Virus record (IMG/VR): IMGVR_UViG_3300012000_000002
Location: 55,040 to 119,039 of that record
Source: a virus
Length of the DNA: 64,000 nucleotides
Strand: one strand, 5' to 3'
Both the position numbers and the translations under genes were made by a program. Of the stretch, positions 19,057 through 29,616 are shown in pieces. The number at the start of each line of letters is the position of its first letter. Position 1 is the stretch's first letter. The notes beneath the pieces were generated by a model that worked only from the letters and a program-made list of their open reading frames with translations, made no database searches and had not been told where the DNA came from.

Positions 19057-21009
19057 TCAGATGATGGACATATCGAGGCAGGTCACGGTGGCGTAGAAGT
19101 CTGCACGAACCATCTTCTTCCCGTAGCGGGTCATGATGCCCTTACGTGGGGTGAAGTCCTCTTGTCCGTAGATTACGGGGGTGAGGATAAGTGGAACGTA
19201 TGGAGCGTAGATATAGCCGCTTTCAAGGAAGCTTGAACCCTTAAGACCGATAAGGATCTTGTTTACTGGGAAGTATGGGTCAACGAATACTGAGTAGCGA
19301 CCGTTTACTGTACCGACTGCTTCTGCACCAATGCTCATGTTGTCACGAACTTGGCCGTCTGAGTCGATTTTGTAGTTGGCACGGTAAGCAACTGTTGCTT
19401 CAAGGATTGTGCCCACTTCTGGTGAGCAGACGATGAAGTTACCTGAGCCACGGAGGGTCTTCTTGTGGATGACGTTGGCTGCGTCTGTGATGGTTTCGAT
19501 AAGTGTTTCGTACCATTCACGGACTGTGCCGGTGAATTGTGGACCGGGGTAAACGGTGTTGGTACGAGCAACTTCGGTGCCTGTGTATTTGTTGACGAAG
19601 CGACCGGGGGCACGGCTCCAGTAGTAGTTAGCTGCTTGAGCTTGTGTGAGGAGGTCGTTGAGAATTTCACGGTCGATATCCAATGTGATCATTTCAGAAA
19701 GGATATTTGTGAGATTTGCTTCTACGTCGATTGAGTAGAATGCTGTAAGGTCTTGAGCCAGTTCTGGTGACCAGCGAGCACGTAGCTTGCGGGTTGTGGC
19801 TGTTACAGCTACTGAATCGATTTTGATGTCAACGTCTGGGATGCGTGGTGATGCATCAACAGCGAAGTTTGATTCAAAGCTTGGAATTGTCAATGTTGAA
19901 CCATCAGCATTGACTGAGAGGGAGTCAGCAATTGGAATAGAAGCTGTGATTTGTGTTGATGCGTTGCCAAGATAAACGGAGCTAACGCTTTGTGCGTTTG
20001 CAAGACCGAGAGCAACAAGGATGTGTGAACCGCCGAATGGATCTGGTGTGAATGTTGAGCTTGTGCCAGCATCGGTCCAGTTACCACGCTTGGTGAAGCG
20101 ACGGAAGTTAAGAACGCCTTCGCCTGCTTGGTAGGTTAGTGGAGGTGCTGTGAAGCTTGAGCCTGACAAACCAAGACCAACAACTGCGAGTTGTTCAAGT
20201 GATGTAAGGTCTGCACCATTGATTGCGTTTGTTACTTGTGAAGCTGAGAACACCAAGAAGGTATAGTCGAGCACATTGCTTTCAACGTCTGCTGCAAGAA
20301 GTGGATCATAATCAGTGAAGCGTGCGTTGTAACCAACGTTTGCTGATGCTGAAGCAACTGATGATTGTGATAGCCATGTTGTGCCTTGATACCATGTACC
20401 GAGAGCAACTACGCCTGTTGCAAGTTTGGATTCTGAGTGAACCTTTGAGTAACCAGAACCGATAAGGTTGTATTGACCACCGGCAGCGAGTGAACCGCTG
20501 GTACGGATCAATGAACCGGATGGGTTGGTGTATACTGATTGACCACGGGCATATGTTGCTGCGCCGGGATCGGTACCAGTTGCAAATTGGTTAGCTGCTG
20601 TACCTGCATCACCACCGACGTATGAGCCGTAGGTGTAATCTAAGTAGAAGAGTAGACCTGATGGAAGGCTCATTGGTTGAACGCTGACGATTTCGTTAGC
20701 AACGAGGCCAGCGAACACACGACGAACGATTGGGAATGCTACGTTTGTAAACCCAGCAACTTGTCCAGAGGATGCAAGTGATGCACCACCTGTTGAAAGT
20801 GAAAGGCTTTCATTGAGCATTGATGAGCCGCCCTTAAGAACTTCTACTGCTTGGTTTTCAAGGAGGCGAGCCATCTTTTGCTTGCCAGTATCTGAAAGAC
20901 CTTCTAGAAGACCTGTGCGTGACCACTTGCCTACAATGCGGTCATCGCCATTTGCTGCGGTACGTTGAATACCTTCAGCTAGTTGTGAGAGTGTTAGTGT
21001 ACGTGACAT
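19057..21009 (-). CDS. major capsid protein (T4 gp23-like)
   Basis: AFPIVRRVF..LVANEIVSVQPMSLPSGLLFYLD, RKLRARWSPELAQDL, GYIYAPYVPL, FTPRKGIMTRY. Confidence 0.96.
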   Translation of the reverse strand: MSRTLTLSQLAEGIQRTAANGDDRIVGKWSRTGLLEGLSDTGKQKMARLLENQAVEVLKGGSSMLNESLSLSTGGASLASSGQVAGFTNVAFPIVRRVFAGLVANEIVSVQPMSLPSGLLFYLDYTYGSYVGGDAGTAANQFATGTDPGAATYARGQSVYTNPSGSLIRTSGSLAAGGQYNLIGSGYSKVHSESKLATGVVALGTWYQGTTWLSQSSVASASANVGYNARFTDYDPLLAADVESNVLDYTFLVFSASQVTNAINGADLTSLEQLAVVGLGLSGSSFTAPPLTYQAGEGVLNFRRFTKRGNWTDAGTSSTFTPDPFGGSHILVALGLANAQSVSSVYLGNASTQITASIPIADSLSVNADGSTLTIPSFESNFAVDASPRIPDVDIKIDSVAVTATTRKLRARWSPELAQDLTAFYSIDVEANLTNILSEMITLDIDREILNDLLTQAQAANYYWSRAPGRFVNKYTGTEVARTNTVYPGPQFTGTVREWYETLIETITDAANVIHKKTLRGSGNFIVCSPEVGTILEATVAYRANYKIDSDGQVRDNMSIGAEAVGTVNGRYSVFVDPYFPVNKILIGLKGSSFLESGYIYAPYVPLILTPVIYGQEDFTPRKGIMTRYGKKMVRADFYATVTCLDMSII

Positions 21010-21071
21010 TTTATTAATCTCCTTATTACTTTGTTTTTACCTTAATTGGTAACTTATCTCTAACTATGCGC

Positions 21072-23315
21072 TTACTTTGCGTTTCTCTTCATACCAGCAA
21101 GTATTTGCCAGCGTGAAGTATCGAAGCTTGGTTCTACAACTGATTCGGTGATATATCTTACTACTGGACGTTGTGCTGATTCTTTAATCATTGCACCGTT
21201 TTTCTTGCCAGCATCTAGAACACGCACCAAACGGCTGTAGATTTCTTTTGCTTCTGCAATTGTGCGAGCACTGTCGAGATACTCAACGATTTTGCGTTTT
21301 TGTGTCCCTGTCAATTCGTCTCTCACGAAAAGCTTGTTTACATACAATGAACGTGCTGTAAGAAGTTGTGTTTCTGAAAGATGACCACGAAGAGCTTTGT
21401 TTTCGTTAACAGCCTTGCTAATCATTCTACGTGATTCCTTGACTAGCTCTTCTACTTCTTCAACTTCTTCATCAGAAGAATCTTCTTCTGAATCATCTTC
21501 TTCTGATGCTTCTTCTTCGTCCATTTCAACTTCTAGTTCTTCACCATCAAGTGAAACATTAACGTTTTGAACATTAGCACCAGAAACACCATCTAGATCG
21601 ATGGTAAGAGAAAGTTTTTCTTCTGCTTGTTCACGAAGAGCCTTGAGACGAGCACGGGCTTTGCGTGCTTCCATCATTACTTCTTCGTCTGCAAGTTCAA
21701 GAACAACTTCATCTTCTTCGTGCATACCTTCATCGGTATCATCACCCATTTCGGCCATGAGCTCACCAATTTCTTCTTCAAGTTGTTCTAGAAGAGATTC
21801 TGGGGATGGTTTACCGGGCCATTCTTTCTTTTGTTTGGTGCGGAACGGAGCAGCTTCGGCTTCGGCTTTAACACCTTTTGGATTGCCAGAAACTTTATGG
21901 GCGTGTTCTGCTGAACCGCCTTCTGAGTCACCAGCAGGATCAACCTTGCCTGCTTCGTCTTCGAAACCTTCTGCGCCTTCAAAAAGCGCACGAACTAATT
22001 CTTTCAATGAGTTATTTTTCATATTTTTACCCTTTACTAATGGATTTTGCTTATAACTAGTGATTACATTTAAATTTTCGTGAAGCAATCCCAATCTGTC
22101 TTCATTGAAAGAAAATAGTCTAGGGGATATTGCATTTTTTGCTTTTAAACTAAGGAGGTTGTTGTAAAGTGAAAAAAGATGCTTTTCATAAGCTTCTTTC
22201 ACAAACATCAAATTTCCGCTTTCGCTTTTGTTACGAAGGGATTGAATTAAAACTTCTGTACGTTCAAGATTTTGTTTAAAATTCTTGTATTCGGTTACAG
22301 GAGCAGGAGCAGCCGGGGCAGCAGGAGCACCAGCAGCGGTTGGTGTTGGTGTAACGGGGGGTGGTGCTGCGCCTGTTGCATCGGGTGTTGCAGGAGCACC
22401 AGCAGCGGGGGGTGCAGGGGCAGCAGCGGGAGTTGCTGGGGCACCGGGAGCAGGAGTTGCACCAGCGGCAGCATTTAAATCTGTTGGAGCCCCAGCCGCA
22501 GGTGCAGGGGCGGCTGCGGCTGGATCAGGAGTTGCTGGTGGAGTTGCTGGGGCTGCTCCTGCGGCTGGTGGAGCTGGTGCGGCAGGGGCAGGTGCGGCTG
22601 CTGCTGGATCGGGAGTTGCTGGAGCTGCGCCTCCTGCGGGTGGTGCTGGTGGAGCTGCTGCTGCTGGATCAGCGGGAGGAGTTGCGGGAGCAGCAGGGGC
22701 AGCAGCTTGTTCTCTTAAAAGCTTTTGCACAGCACGATAAATTTCAGAAATTGATTCTGGTGTTGCTTCTGGAGAAGGAGGAGGAGGAGGAGGGGGAGGT
22801 GCAGAAGCATCTGGTGTTGGTGCCGTTTCCATAGCAGCGGGAGTTGCTTCTGGTGTTGCGGTTGCTGCTGAAGCTGGTGATGTTTCTTTTTGAAACAACG
22901 CATCAACAGGAATAACAATTTGTTGTTCACCTGACGGACCAAGATCAATTTTTCCAATAACATCTGTACCGGGAGTTTTTATTGGTGGAGCAGCAGCAGA
23001 AACTGCTGGTGTCATTCCGGGCATTGGTGGTTTTGATTCAGCACCAGCAGGAGGAGTTGCTTCAACTGGACCTGTTGAACCTGCATCTGGTGATGGGGTT
23101 GGAGGTGCAGGAGGAGGTGCGTCTGCTGACGCTGCATCTGCTGGTGGGGGAGGTGGTTCATCTTGTTCCAAAATAATGCCAGAAATTTCTTTGTCGATCA
23201 TTTGTTTGATCAATGGAGACACTGCTTCTAAAACTGCATTCTTTGCTTCTACTGCTGCTGCATCACGCAGCTTTTTAGCTTCAATAAGGGCTTCTTGGTA
23301 CAAAGGTGTTGACAT
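21072..23315 (-). CDS. prohead core/scaffolding protein with long Pro/Ala linker
   Basis: Directly upstream of MCP; acidic, many L/I-x-E sites, C-terminal RWQILAGM. Confidence 0.75.
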   Translation of the reverse strand: MSTPLYQEALIEAKKLRDAAAVEAKNAVLEAVSPLIKQMIDKEISGIILEQDEPPPPPADAASADAPPPAPPTPSPDAGSTGPVEATPPAGAESKPPMPGMTPAVSAAAPPIKTPGTDVIGKIDLGPSGEQQIVIPVDALFQKETSPASAATATPEATPAAMETAPTPDASAPPPPPPPPSPEATPESISEIYRAVQKLLREQAAAPAAPATPPADPAAAAPPAPPAGGAAPATPDPAAAAPAPAAPAPPAAGAAPATPPATPDPAAAAPAPAAGAPTDLNAAAGATPAPGAPATPAAAPAPPAAGAPATPDATGAAPPPVTPTPTAAGAPAAPAAPAPVTEYKNFKQNLERTEVLIQSLRNKSESGNLMFVKEAYEKHLFSLYNNLLSLKAKNAISPRLFSFNEDRLGLLHENLNVITSYKQNPLVKGKNMKNNSLKELVRALFEGAEGFEDEAGKVDPAGDSEGGSAEHAHKVSGNPKGVKAEAEAAPFRTKQKKEWPGKPSPESLLEQLEEEIGELMAEMGDDTDEGMHEEDEVVLELADEEVMMEARKARARLKALREQAEEKLSLTIDLDGVSGANVQNVNVSLDGEELEVEMDEEEASEEDDSEEDSSDEEVEEVEELVKESRRMISKAVNENKALRGHLSETQLLTARSLYVNKLFVRDELTGTQKRKIVEYLDSARTIAEAKEIYSRLVRVLDAGKKNGAMIKESAQRPVVRYITESVVEPSFDTSRWQILAGMKRNAK

Positions 23316-23367
23316 ACGATAAACTCCTAATAGCGTTAATTTTTATATATGCAACGATTTGCAAATA

Positions 23368-23991
23368 TCATGTTGGTGGACGGGGGAATTGTCCTCTTGC
23401 TGCGGGAATTGATGTACCAGTTGCTGCACCAGAACCAACTCCTAGTTTAAATCTACGTACTGCTCCAACGTTGTTAACGTTTGTTGTAGAATCTGTATTT
23501 TGGTGTTCAGCGTCTGCTGGATTATCTTTGTTAACAGGCCCAGCTTGCAATACTTGTGTTGCTTGACTTTGTACGGAACGTAGAGCTTCTGGATTGATTC
23601 CTTGACCTTCACCGGGAGAATCGATTGTTGGTGTAAATGCATTTCCAACTTTGAGTCGGTTTCTTTCTTCTTCACTCAAATCGATTGGTTTAACTCTTGG
23701 TTCAACATATTCTTCTGTAAGGCTACCACCAGCAGGAACAAAGTTTCTGCGATATTGTGGAAACATTGAGTTTTGACCATTATCTTCTGGGCGGTCGAGA
23801 GTTGCTCTTGCATTAGTCAATGCTGTTTGTTGAGAATCATTGGAAATACCAACTCCTCCAACAAATGCGGCTTCAAGACCGGTTTGGTTTCTTACACCCA
23901 GAGTTCCTGCTGCTGTTCCCGTGCCATAACCGGGACGAGTTTCGGGTGAAACGGTTGATTCGTATTTTGGGGGTGGGGTTGCTGCTGGCAT
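23368..23991 (-). CDS. hypothetical head-module protein
   Basis: 207 aa, AAGGAG SD inside a long hairpin. Confidence 0.7.
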   Translation of the reverse strand: MPAATPPPKYESTVSPETRPGYGTGTAAGTLGVRNQTGLEAAFVGGVGISNDSQQTALTNARATLDRPEDNGQNSMFPQYRRNFVPAGGSLTEEYVEPRVKPIDLSEEERNRLKVGNAFTPTIDSPGEGQGINPEALRSVQSQATQVLQAGPVNKDNPADAEHQNTDSTTNVNNVGAVRRFKLGVGSGAATGTSIPAARGQFPRPPT

Positions 23992-24037
23992 GATCTATAC
24001 TCCTTGTAGTTATTTCTACAAGGATAACTATAGATCA
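23991..24037 (-). promoter_or_regulatory. RBS-sequestering hairpin containing late-promoter motif
   Basis: tgatctata/tatagatca and tccttgtag/ctacaagga stems; ATAGTTA in the 5' arm, AAGGAG in the 3' arm. Confidence 0.7.
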
Positions 24038-24051
24038 AATCTAGTTTTAGA

Positions 24052-24546
24052 TTATTCGAAACTACCTTTTTTAGAGCCGGGAAGATGTCCACCACCACCA
24101 AATCCACCACCAGATTGTGCTGGACGGTTTGATATTGGCTTGTTAAACGCTAAACGTGCCCATGCACTTGTAGGATTTTGAACTTGTTGCTGTTGATATT
24201 GTTGTTGTAGATTTGCAACAGCTTGTGGATCTCTTGGAGGAAGAGGATTACGTCCTTGTGGAGCAGCTTCTCCTAGCATTGCAAGGTTAACGCCTGTGGC
24301 TAGCGGCATACCATGTTGTTGTTGAGGAAGACTTGTTACAGCAGTATCGGCAAATATTTGTTCCATGATTGGATTGCCACCAGCAGCCATTTTAATTCTT
24401 GGGTCTTGAAGCAAAGCTTGCTGTTGAACAACTTGTGAACGTTCAGCTAATAAGCCACTAACCATATGATCTAATGCACCTTCAGCAACAAGCTCTTTAA
24501 GGCACTCTTTGATAATCGCTTTAAACTCTGTTTTTTGTATTTTCAT
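24052..24546 (-). CDS. hypothetical head-module protein with leader motif
   Basis: MKIQKTEFKAIIKECLKE N-terminus, Q-rich. Confidence 0.75.
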   Translation of the reverse strand: MKIQKTEFKAIIKECLKELVAEGALDHMVSGLLAERSQVVQQQALLQDPRIKMAAGGNPIMEQIFADTAVTSLPQQQHGMPLATGVNLAMLGEAAPQGRNPLPPRDPQAVANLQQQYQQQQVQNPTSAWARLAFNKPISNRPAQSGGGFGGGGHLPGSKKGSFE

Positions 24547-24588
24547 GTTAACTTGCTTCTTATTGTTTTTTAGAGATTGAAGAATTGA

Positions 24589-25200
24589 CTAAGGTTTTTT
24601 GCGAAGAGCTAATATTTCGTTTGCTGCACGATCAACAAGATCGCTTTTTGTAAAAATATTCTTGGTAATGCTTGCGTCATATTGTTTTGCTTCGGCCATC
24701 ATAAACGCACCGGGAGTGCTTGGTTCGCTAACAAAGTCCCAACAAATAATTTGTAAGTCATCTTGAACAACGTTTACATTGTTTTCTCTTTGAAGAGAAC
24801 CTAATGCTCTGCTAGAAATGCCGGGTTTGCATTTTGCTTTAATAATGCTTTCGATTATTTTACCGCAAGGTGTATCAAGGATTTCTACCTTGCCGTATAC
24901 TACGTCGCCTTCCATCCAAATCTCACGAATAACGTGAGAAATGTTTTTCATATTGACAATTGGTTCGTTAGCATGGTCAAGTTCACCAAACGCACGATTC
25001 TCACGAATAAGTTTTTCGTAGTTACGAATCTCACGTTCAAGGATGTGACGAGGATATACACGACCGTTTTGGTTTAATGTGTTAGCTTTTTGAAGGATAC
25101 CATTTAAAACAAGTGGCTTTCCTTCTTCACGTTTATCTAAATCAGAGTCGTTATATTCAAAGGCTGTGAATTCTTTGAGTAGAAATTTTTTGTCGGTCAT
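24589..25200 (-). CDS. prohead protease (T4 gp21-like)
   Basis: NQNGRVYP, GELDH, SHVI, GISSRALGS, DFVSEPSTPGA. Confidence 0.93.
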   Translation of the reverse strand: MTDKKFLLKEFTAFEYNDSDLDKREEGKPLVLNGILQKANTLNQNGRVYPRHILEREIRNYEKLIRENRAFGELDHANEPIVNMKNISHVIREIWMEGDVVYGKVEILDTPCGKIIESIIKAKCKPGISSRALGSLQRENNVNVVQDDLQIICWDFVSEPSTPGAFMMAEAKQYDASITKNIFTKSDLVDRAANEILALRKKP

Positions 25201-26069
25201 TTTGCTTTTACCTCTCCTTCTAGTTTCGATAAGCCAAGATAGAAGGTTACAAGCTCTTCAGTAACAACTGAAATATCGCTAAAATCTTTTTGCAGTGTGT
25301 TGCGAATCTCGTTTAGTTTGTTTGACAAAACTTTATCTTCAGCAAACTCATGAGAGTGAGCGGCAACTGTTCCAAGAAAACGTTTCTTAAGAATGTCTAG
25401 TTTTTCTGCAAGTTGTTTCTCTGCTTGAGAATCATCTTTGCTAAACACATACAAACGAATGATATCTTTTTGCTCTAGGTTAAGGTTGTTATAACGCTTG
25501 TTAACTTTTTCTGTCATGATGTTGACAACAAGACGATCAACGTCTTCATTTGTCATTTTTGCTGCTTCATTAGCTTGCTCTTCTGTTTTACGTTTTTCAA
25601 GCATATGCTCGATAAGACGTTCTTCTAGTTGAACAGTTTCAGAAACCGATTCTTTTAAGGTTTCATCCCGCCATGTGTTAAGAAGCACTTGAATGGTTGC
25701 AAGCTTTTTATAATCTGGAATTGCTTCTTCAAAGAACAAGTTTGCATTCAAGTTTGCGTTAACTTCATGAATAAGAGAAGTTTTTTCTAATTCAAGTCGA
25801 GCTTGACTTTGAAACTTTACGGCATCACGCACACGATTAACCATATAAATTGCTTGCTCACGTTGAGCAAAGCTACTTTCAGACAATGCTTTAAAGAGTT
25901 TGAGTTCTTTGTAAATGTCTGTGGTTTTGTTGAAATGTTTTTTCAACAAAGTTTTGGCTTTGGATATATCGTTGTCTCGCCCTTCTAAAATAGCTTTGCC
26001 GATATAACGGGCGAAGAACTCGTAAAGCAACCCAGTGTTTCGTTTTTTGTTGTGTTTTAGCTTTTGCAT
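25197..26069 (-). CDS. conserved head-module protein between portal and protease
   Basis: KLKHNKKRNTGLLYE start; synteny. Confidence 0.75.
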   Translation of the reverse strand: MQKLKHNKKRNTGLLYEFFARYIGKAILEGRDNDISKAKTLLKKHFNKTTDIYKELKLFKALSESSFAQREQAIYMVNRVRDAVKFQSQARLELEKTSLIHEVNANLNANLFFEEAIPDYKKLATIQVLLNTWRDETLKESVSETVQLEERLIEHMLEKRKTEEQANEAAKMTNEDVDRLVVNIMTEKVNKRYNNLNLEQKDIIRLYVFSKDDSQAEKQLAEKLDILKKRFLGTVAAHSHEFAEDKVLSNKLNEIRNTLQKDFSDISVVTEELVTFYLGLSKLEGEVKAK

Positions 26070-26134
26070 TTTTTACCTTGCTTACAGATATATTAGATAG
26101 CTGCTTGCCGCTAGCCGATTTATAAGTAGAATAC

Positions 26135-28150
26135 CTATTCCGATTTCAACTCTTTTTCTATAAGGAATAATTCGTCTGTATCATTCAATGATTGAGTTTT
26201 TTCGGTAACTATTTTTACTTGTTTTTGTGAAAACAAACTTTCGTTTAACTGACGAAGGCATGTTTGCATTTCTCTAGAAATTCCGATTGGTAAACGATTT
26301 TGTGTATCAAACAAATCTTTTTCCATTTCGTTTTCTTCTAACACAAACTTGCGAATCGATTCAACGTCAAACGGATCTTTGCTGTATCGATTGTTGGTAA
26401 TATCCAGCATCTTTTTAAAGTCTGGCATCACAAGTGCTCTGTCCCCTGTAAAAGACTTGTTTCTTCTGGATTTCCTAAAGCTTTTATCTAGGTTTGGTGT
26501 TGGGCTAAACCTAATTGGAATTCCACCTTGCGATCCAGCATTTTCTTCACGTTCCTTTTCACGGCGAGCTTGATGTTCTCGCTCTTGCTCATGGTTTTGT
26601 TGTTCGATTTTACGAACTTCTTTTTTATCGGGAGCAAATGGTGAAGTAGGAACGCTATAGTTGCTTGGATCAAAGATATCGATATTGCTATCAATGCTTT
26701 TATCGAATGGTGGATTCTCTGCGATCTTTTTAAGTTCGGCCATTGTAACTTGATCTTGTTTAGCTTCTTGCCGAATAATGTTGATTTGTTCTGGGCGAAG
26801 ACCTAGAATCTCTTTTTGAATATAGTTGAAGCTTAACAAACCAGTTTCTTTTGATAGTTCTAAAGCTTTTCCGGCAATCTCAAGCTTACTAGAAATCAAA
26901 GCTAGTTTTTGTTGCACCGCAACAGTTGATGGATTGCTAAACTTTAAATCAAAGTTCAAAAGATCGTCACCGGAAAATCCAAGAGAATAAAGATGAATCA
27001 TTGCAAGTTTGTTAAGTTCTGCAATCAAAATCTTTTGCAAATGTGCAATGGTTCTAGAAAATCGAATATCTTCCTGTGCTAGCGTTGCTTTAGAAGAAAT
27101 AGCTTCGTCATAGGTAAGATAAGCTTTTGGTACCATCAAAGCAGCAATAAGCTTCTTGTGAATATATTCTACGTCTTCGATAGCTGTTGCGTTTTGTCCT
27201 CCAGCCAACGATTCAATCTTGGTTTGATTGTTTGGTCTGGTTGGCAAGAAATAATCTTCATCAATAGCAAGAGGGTTATATCTAAAATCTTGTCTACCTG
27301 TTTGTTGTTCAATAACAGAAGCTCCACGCATAGACTCTTTAACAGCTTCCATATAGCTTGGAATATCGTTTGGATGTACGGCTGATACGTCTACATAAAA
27401 CACTCTACGTTCTGGAGAGCGTACAAGACGATATACCAACATGCTGTCTTCCATCATGGTTAGCTGTCTCCAAGGTCTTCTTGCGGACTCTAGAAAGCTT
27501 GTACCATATGGAAGAAACAAATCGTTGCCAAGAATACGGAAATGAAGCATTTGCCAGTTTTCTAGATACTTGCCACCTCTTGTGATAAGACGGAATCTAA
27601 CGGCATATGGGTCATGCTTGTCAAATCCTTCTTCACGTTCTACTTCATTTACTGGAAGCGGTTCTACGTTGATTACACCGTAGTCTGGTACAACTTCAAC
27701 ATACATGAAGTAATCACCGTTTTTAACAAGGTTACGAACCATACGTCTGGCATTGAATTCAATGTTTAGTACGTCATAAAACAGTTCTTCTAACGCTCGT
27801 TGTATTTGTGGTGTATCGCTATAAATGTGGAATGTTTTACCGTTTTCATCTGTTGCACAAGATTCATCAGCGTATACGTTTAATGCTGTTGCAATATCCG
27901 CTGTGTTTTCCATTTCAGCAAACTCAGCATAACGAGACATACGATCAAGAATACCGTATGCGCCCATTACCGAGAATGGAGAAGCTTCACGTTTAAATCC
28001 GGCAGCACCATAGTAGCCAAGATTGTTTTGAACAACTTGATTATCGTAGAAGTTTTTGTAATCTTGTCCTCTAACTTTACGACGTATTGCTGGACCGCTG
28101 CGGAATAAACGAGTTAGCCTTTGATAAAAGGATTTTTCTTTTTTGGCCAT
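26135..28150 (-). CDS. portal protein (T4 gp20-like)
   Basis: LESARRPWRQL..MEDSMLVYR..RSPERRVFYVDV, DEDYFLP, IESLAGG. Confidence 0.94.
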   Translation of the reverse strand: MAKKEKSFYQRLTRLFRSGPAIRRKVRGQDYKNFYDNQVVQNNLGYYGAAGFKREASPFSVMGAYGILDRMSRYAEFAEMENTADIATALNVYADESCATDENGKTFHIYSDTPQIQRALEELFYDVLNIEFNARRMVRNLVKNGDYFMYVEVVPDYGVINVEPLPVNEVEREEGFDKHDPYAVRFRLITRGGKYLENWQMLHFRILGNDLFLPYGTSFLESARRPWRQLTMMEDSMLVYRLVRSPERRVFYVDVSAVHPNDIPSYMEAVKESMRGASVIEQQTGRQDFRYNPLAIDEDYFLPTRPNNQTKIESLAGGQNATAIEDVEYIHKKLIAALMVPKAYLTYDEAISSKATLAQEDIRFSRTIAHLQKILIAELNKLAMIHLYSLGFSGDDLLNFDLKFSNPSTVAVQQKLALISSKLEIAGKALELSKETGLLSFNYIQKEILGLRPEQINIIRQEAKQDQVTMAELKKIAENPPFDKSIDSNIDIFDPSNYSVPTSPFAPDKKEVRKIEQQNHEQEREHQARREKEREENAGSQGGIPIRFSPTPNLDKSFRKSRRNKSFTGDRALVMPDFKKMLDITNNRYSKDPFDVESIRKFVLEENEMEKDLFDTQNRLPIGISREMQTCLRQLNESLFSQKQVKIVTEKTQSLNDTDELFLIEKELKSE

Positions 28151-28208
28151 ACTTTAACCTTATTGTTGCTTAAGTATTTAAAAGAAAGGCTAAAAACGAT
28201 AATCTATT

Positions 28209-28577
28209 ATGCCTCTATCGGATTACGCTAAAGAACGAATCGAATATGTTGCGTCATATGTACAAGGTAGTGTAACAGATTGGTTTATTTTAAAACGAAT
28301 AATATTGCAAGGTATACCGGGACAACATCGCAAGTCTATAGGAATGTCTAAAAGGCATCGAAGCACCAAAAAAATGATAATCAACGATGTTGATCGTGAA
28401 GTGATAGCTTATTGGGAACTAATTACAGGTGTAAAGCTTTGGATTGACCCAGCAAGATTGCACGATCCCAACTGGATATATCGACCAAAAGGATGGGCTT
28501 TAAATGGTGGCAAACAAAAAGTTCTTGAACAAAAAGTTAAACGAGAAGCGAATGGAGATTCTTCTTCAAATCATTGA
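28209..28577 (+). CDS. hypothetical protein
   Basis: 122-aa ORF divergent from portal. Confidence 0.6.
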   Translation: MPLSDYAKERIEYVASYVQGSVTDWFILKRIILQGIPGQHRKSIGMSKRHRSTKKMIINDVDREVIAYWELITGVKLWIDPARLHDPNWIYRPKGWALNGGKQKVLEQKVKREANGDSSSNH

Positions 28578-29556
28578 AGAAGAAATTGATATTGCTCATG
28601 AACAACTTATTGAACAATATGATGATTATTCGGACGGCAGTGGTACCGGGGGGCCGTTGCGAAGAGATCGATTCGTTGGCCAACTATTATCGCCTATTAC
28701 CGATATATGGAATGCCATAAAGTTCAGAGCAGGAGAAATCGGAATCAAAGCAGTTAGAACAGTTGGTCAATTAATTTCGAACACTGTTTCTGGTTTGTTG
28801 CCATTTAATGAATACAGCAGAGAAAAGCTAAATGATTATTTTGAAAACTGGGAAGATAAAGCTTTAAGTGGTTTAGATCGTCAATTTGCACAAGAACGCA
28901 AACAAATGGACGAAGGTTGGGAAACGTTTAAAACCGATTTTTGGGGTATTGGTTTTGTTGCTTCTCCAATGAATGCTATAGCTGGTCTTGCGGTTGGTGG
29001 CAAAGCTTTAGATACAGCGTTCTCTATTTTAAACGTTGCAAGTGGAGGAAGAGCTGGAGCGATATACGATCTTATAACTGGAGAGCGTACAGAAAGAGGA
29101 TATCGTTACGAAGCATTAGAACCAAAGAAAGATGCATTTAAAGATTTACCAGAAGACGAAAAGAAAAAAATCTTTGATGAAATCATAGACAACCCAGAAG
29201 TTATAAAAGCAGTAAATAAATGGAGCGCAAAAAATTTGCCAAAAGTTATGGGCAGCATCGTTAAAGATATGAACCAAGCAATAACTTCTGGTAAAGCTGG
29301 CAACATCACTTCTAAAGAAATCGAAAGTTACAAAGAAATGGCTCCAAACTTTGTTACAACCATATTCGATAAAATAAAAGGCAAAAACAAAAAGTTTGAT
29401 GTTGAACCTTCAAAAGAAGCTTTGGCAGCCGCAAATCGAGTTGTTGCTGACGAAATTATAAGTATGCCCGACGTTGTGGTTGAGCCAGAAGAACCAAAGG
29501 CTATAGCTTCAACACCGGCTCCACCAAAGCCTGTTGCGGTAAAACCCCAACGATAA
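28504..29556 (+). CDS. hypothetical protein with hydrophobic central segment (start 28504 or 28552)
   Basis: 350-aa ORF; FWGIGFVASPMNAIAGLAVGG; early LNE/IEE/LIE sites. Confidence 0.7.
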   Translation: MVANKKFLNKKLNEKRMEILLQIIEEEIDIAHEQLIEQYDDYSDGSGTGGPLRRDRFVGQLLSPITDIWNAIKFRAGEIGIKAVRTVGQLISNTVSGLLPFNEYSREKLNDYFENWEDKALSGLDRQFAQERKQMDEGWETFKTDFWGIGFVASPMNAIAGLAVGGKALDTAFSILNVASGGRAGAIYDLITGERTERGYRYEALEPKKDAFKDLPEDEKKKIFDEIIDNPEVIKAVNKWSAKNLPKVMGSIVKDMNQAITSGKAGNITSKEIESYKEMAPNFVTTIFDKIKGKNKKFDVEPSKEALAAANRVVADEIISMPDVVVEPEEPKAIASTPAPPKPVAVKPQR

Positions 29557-29616
29557 GTTATACAAAAAGTTAAAAACCCAAATATGATATGCATATCCAC
29601 AAGGATAGGCATAAAC

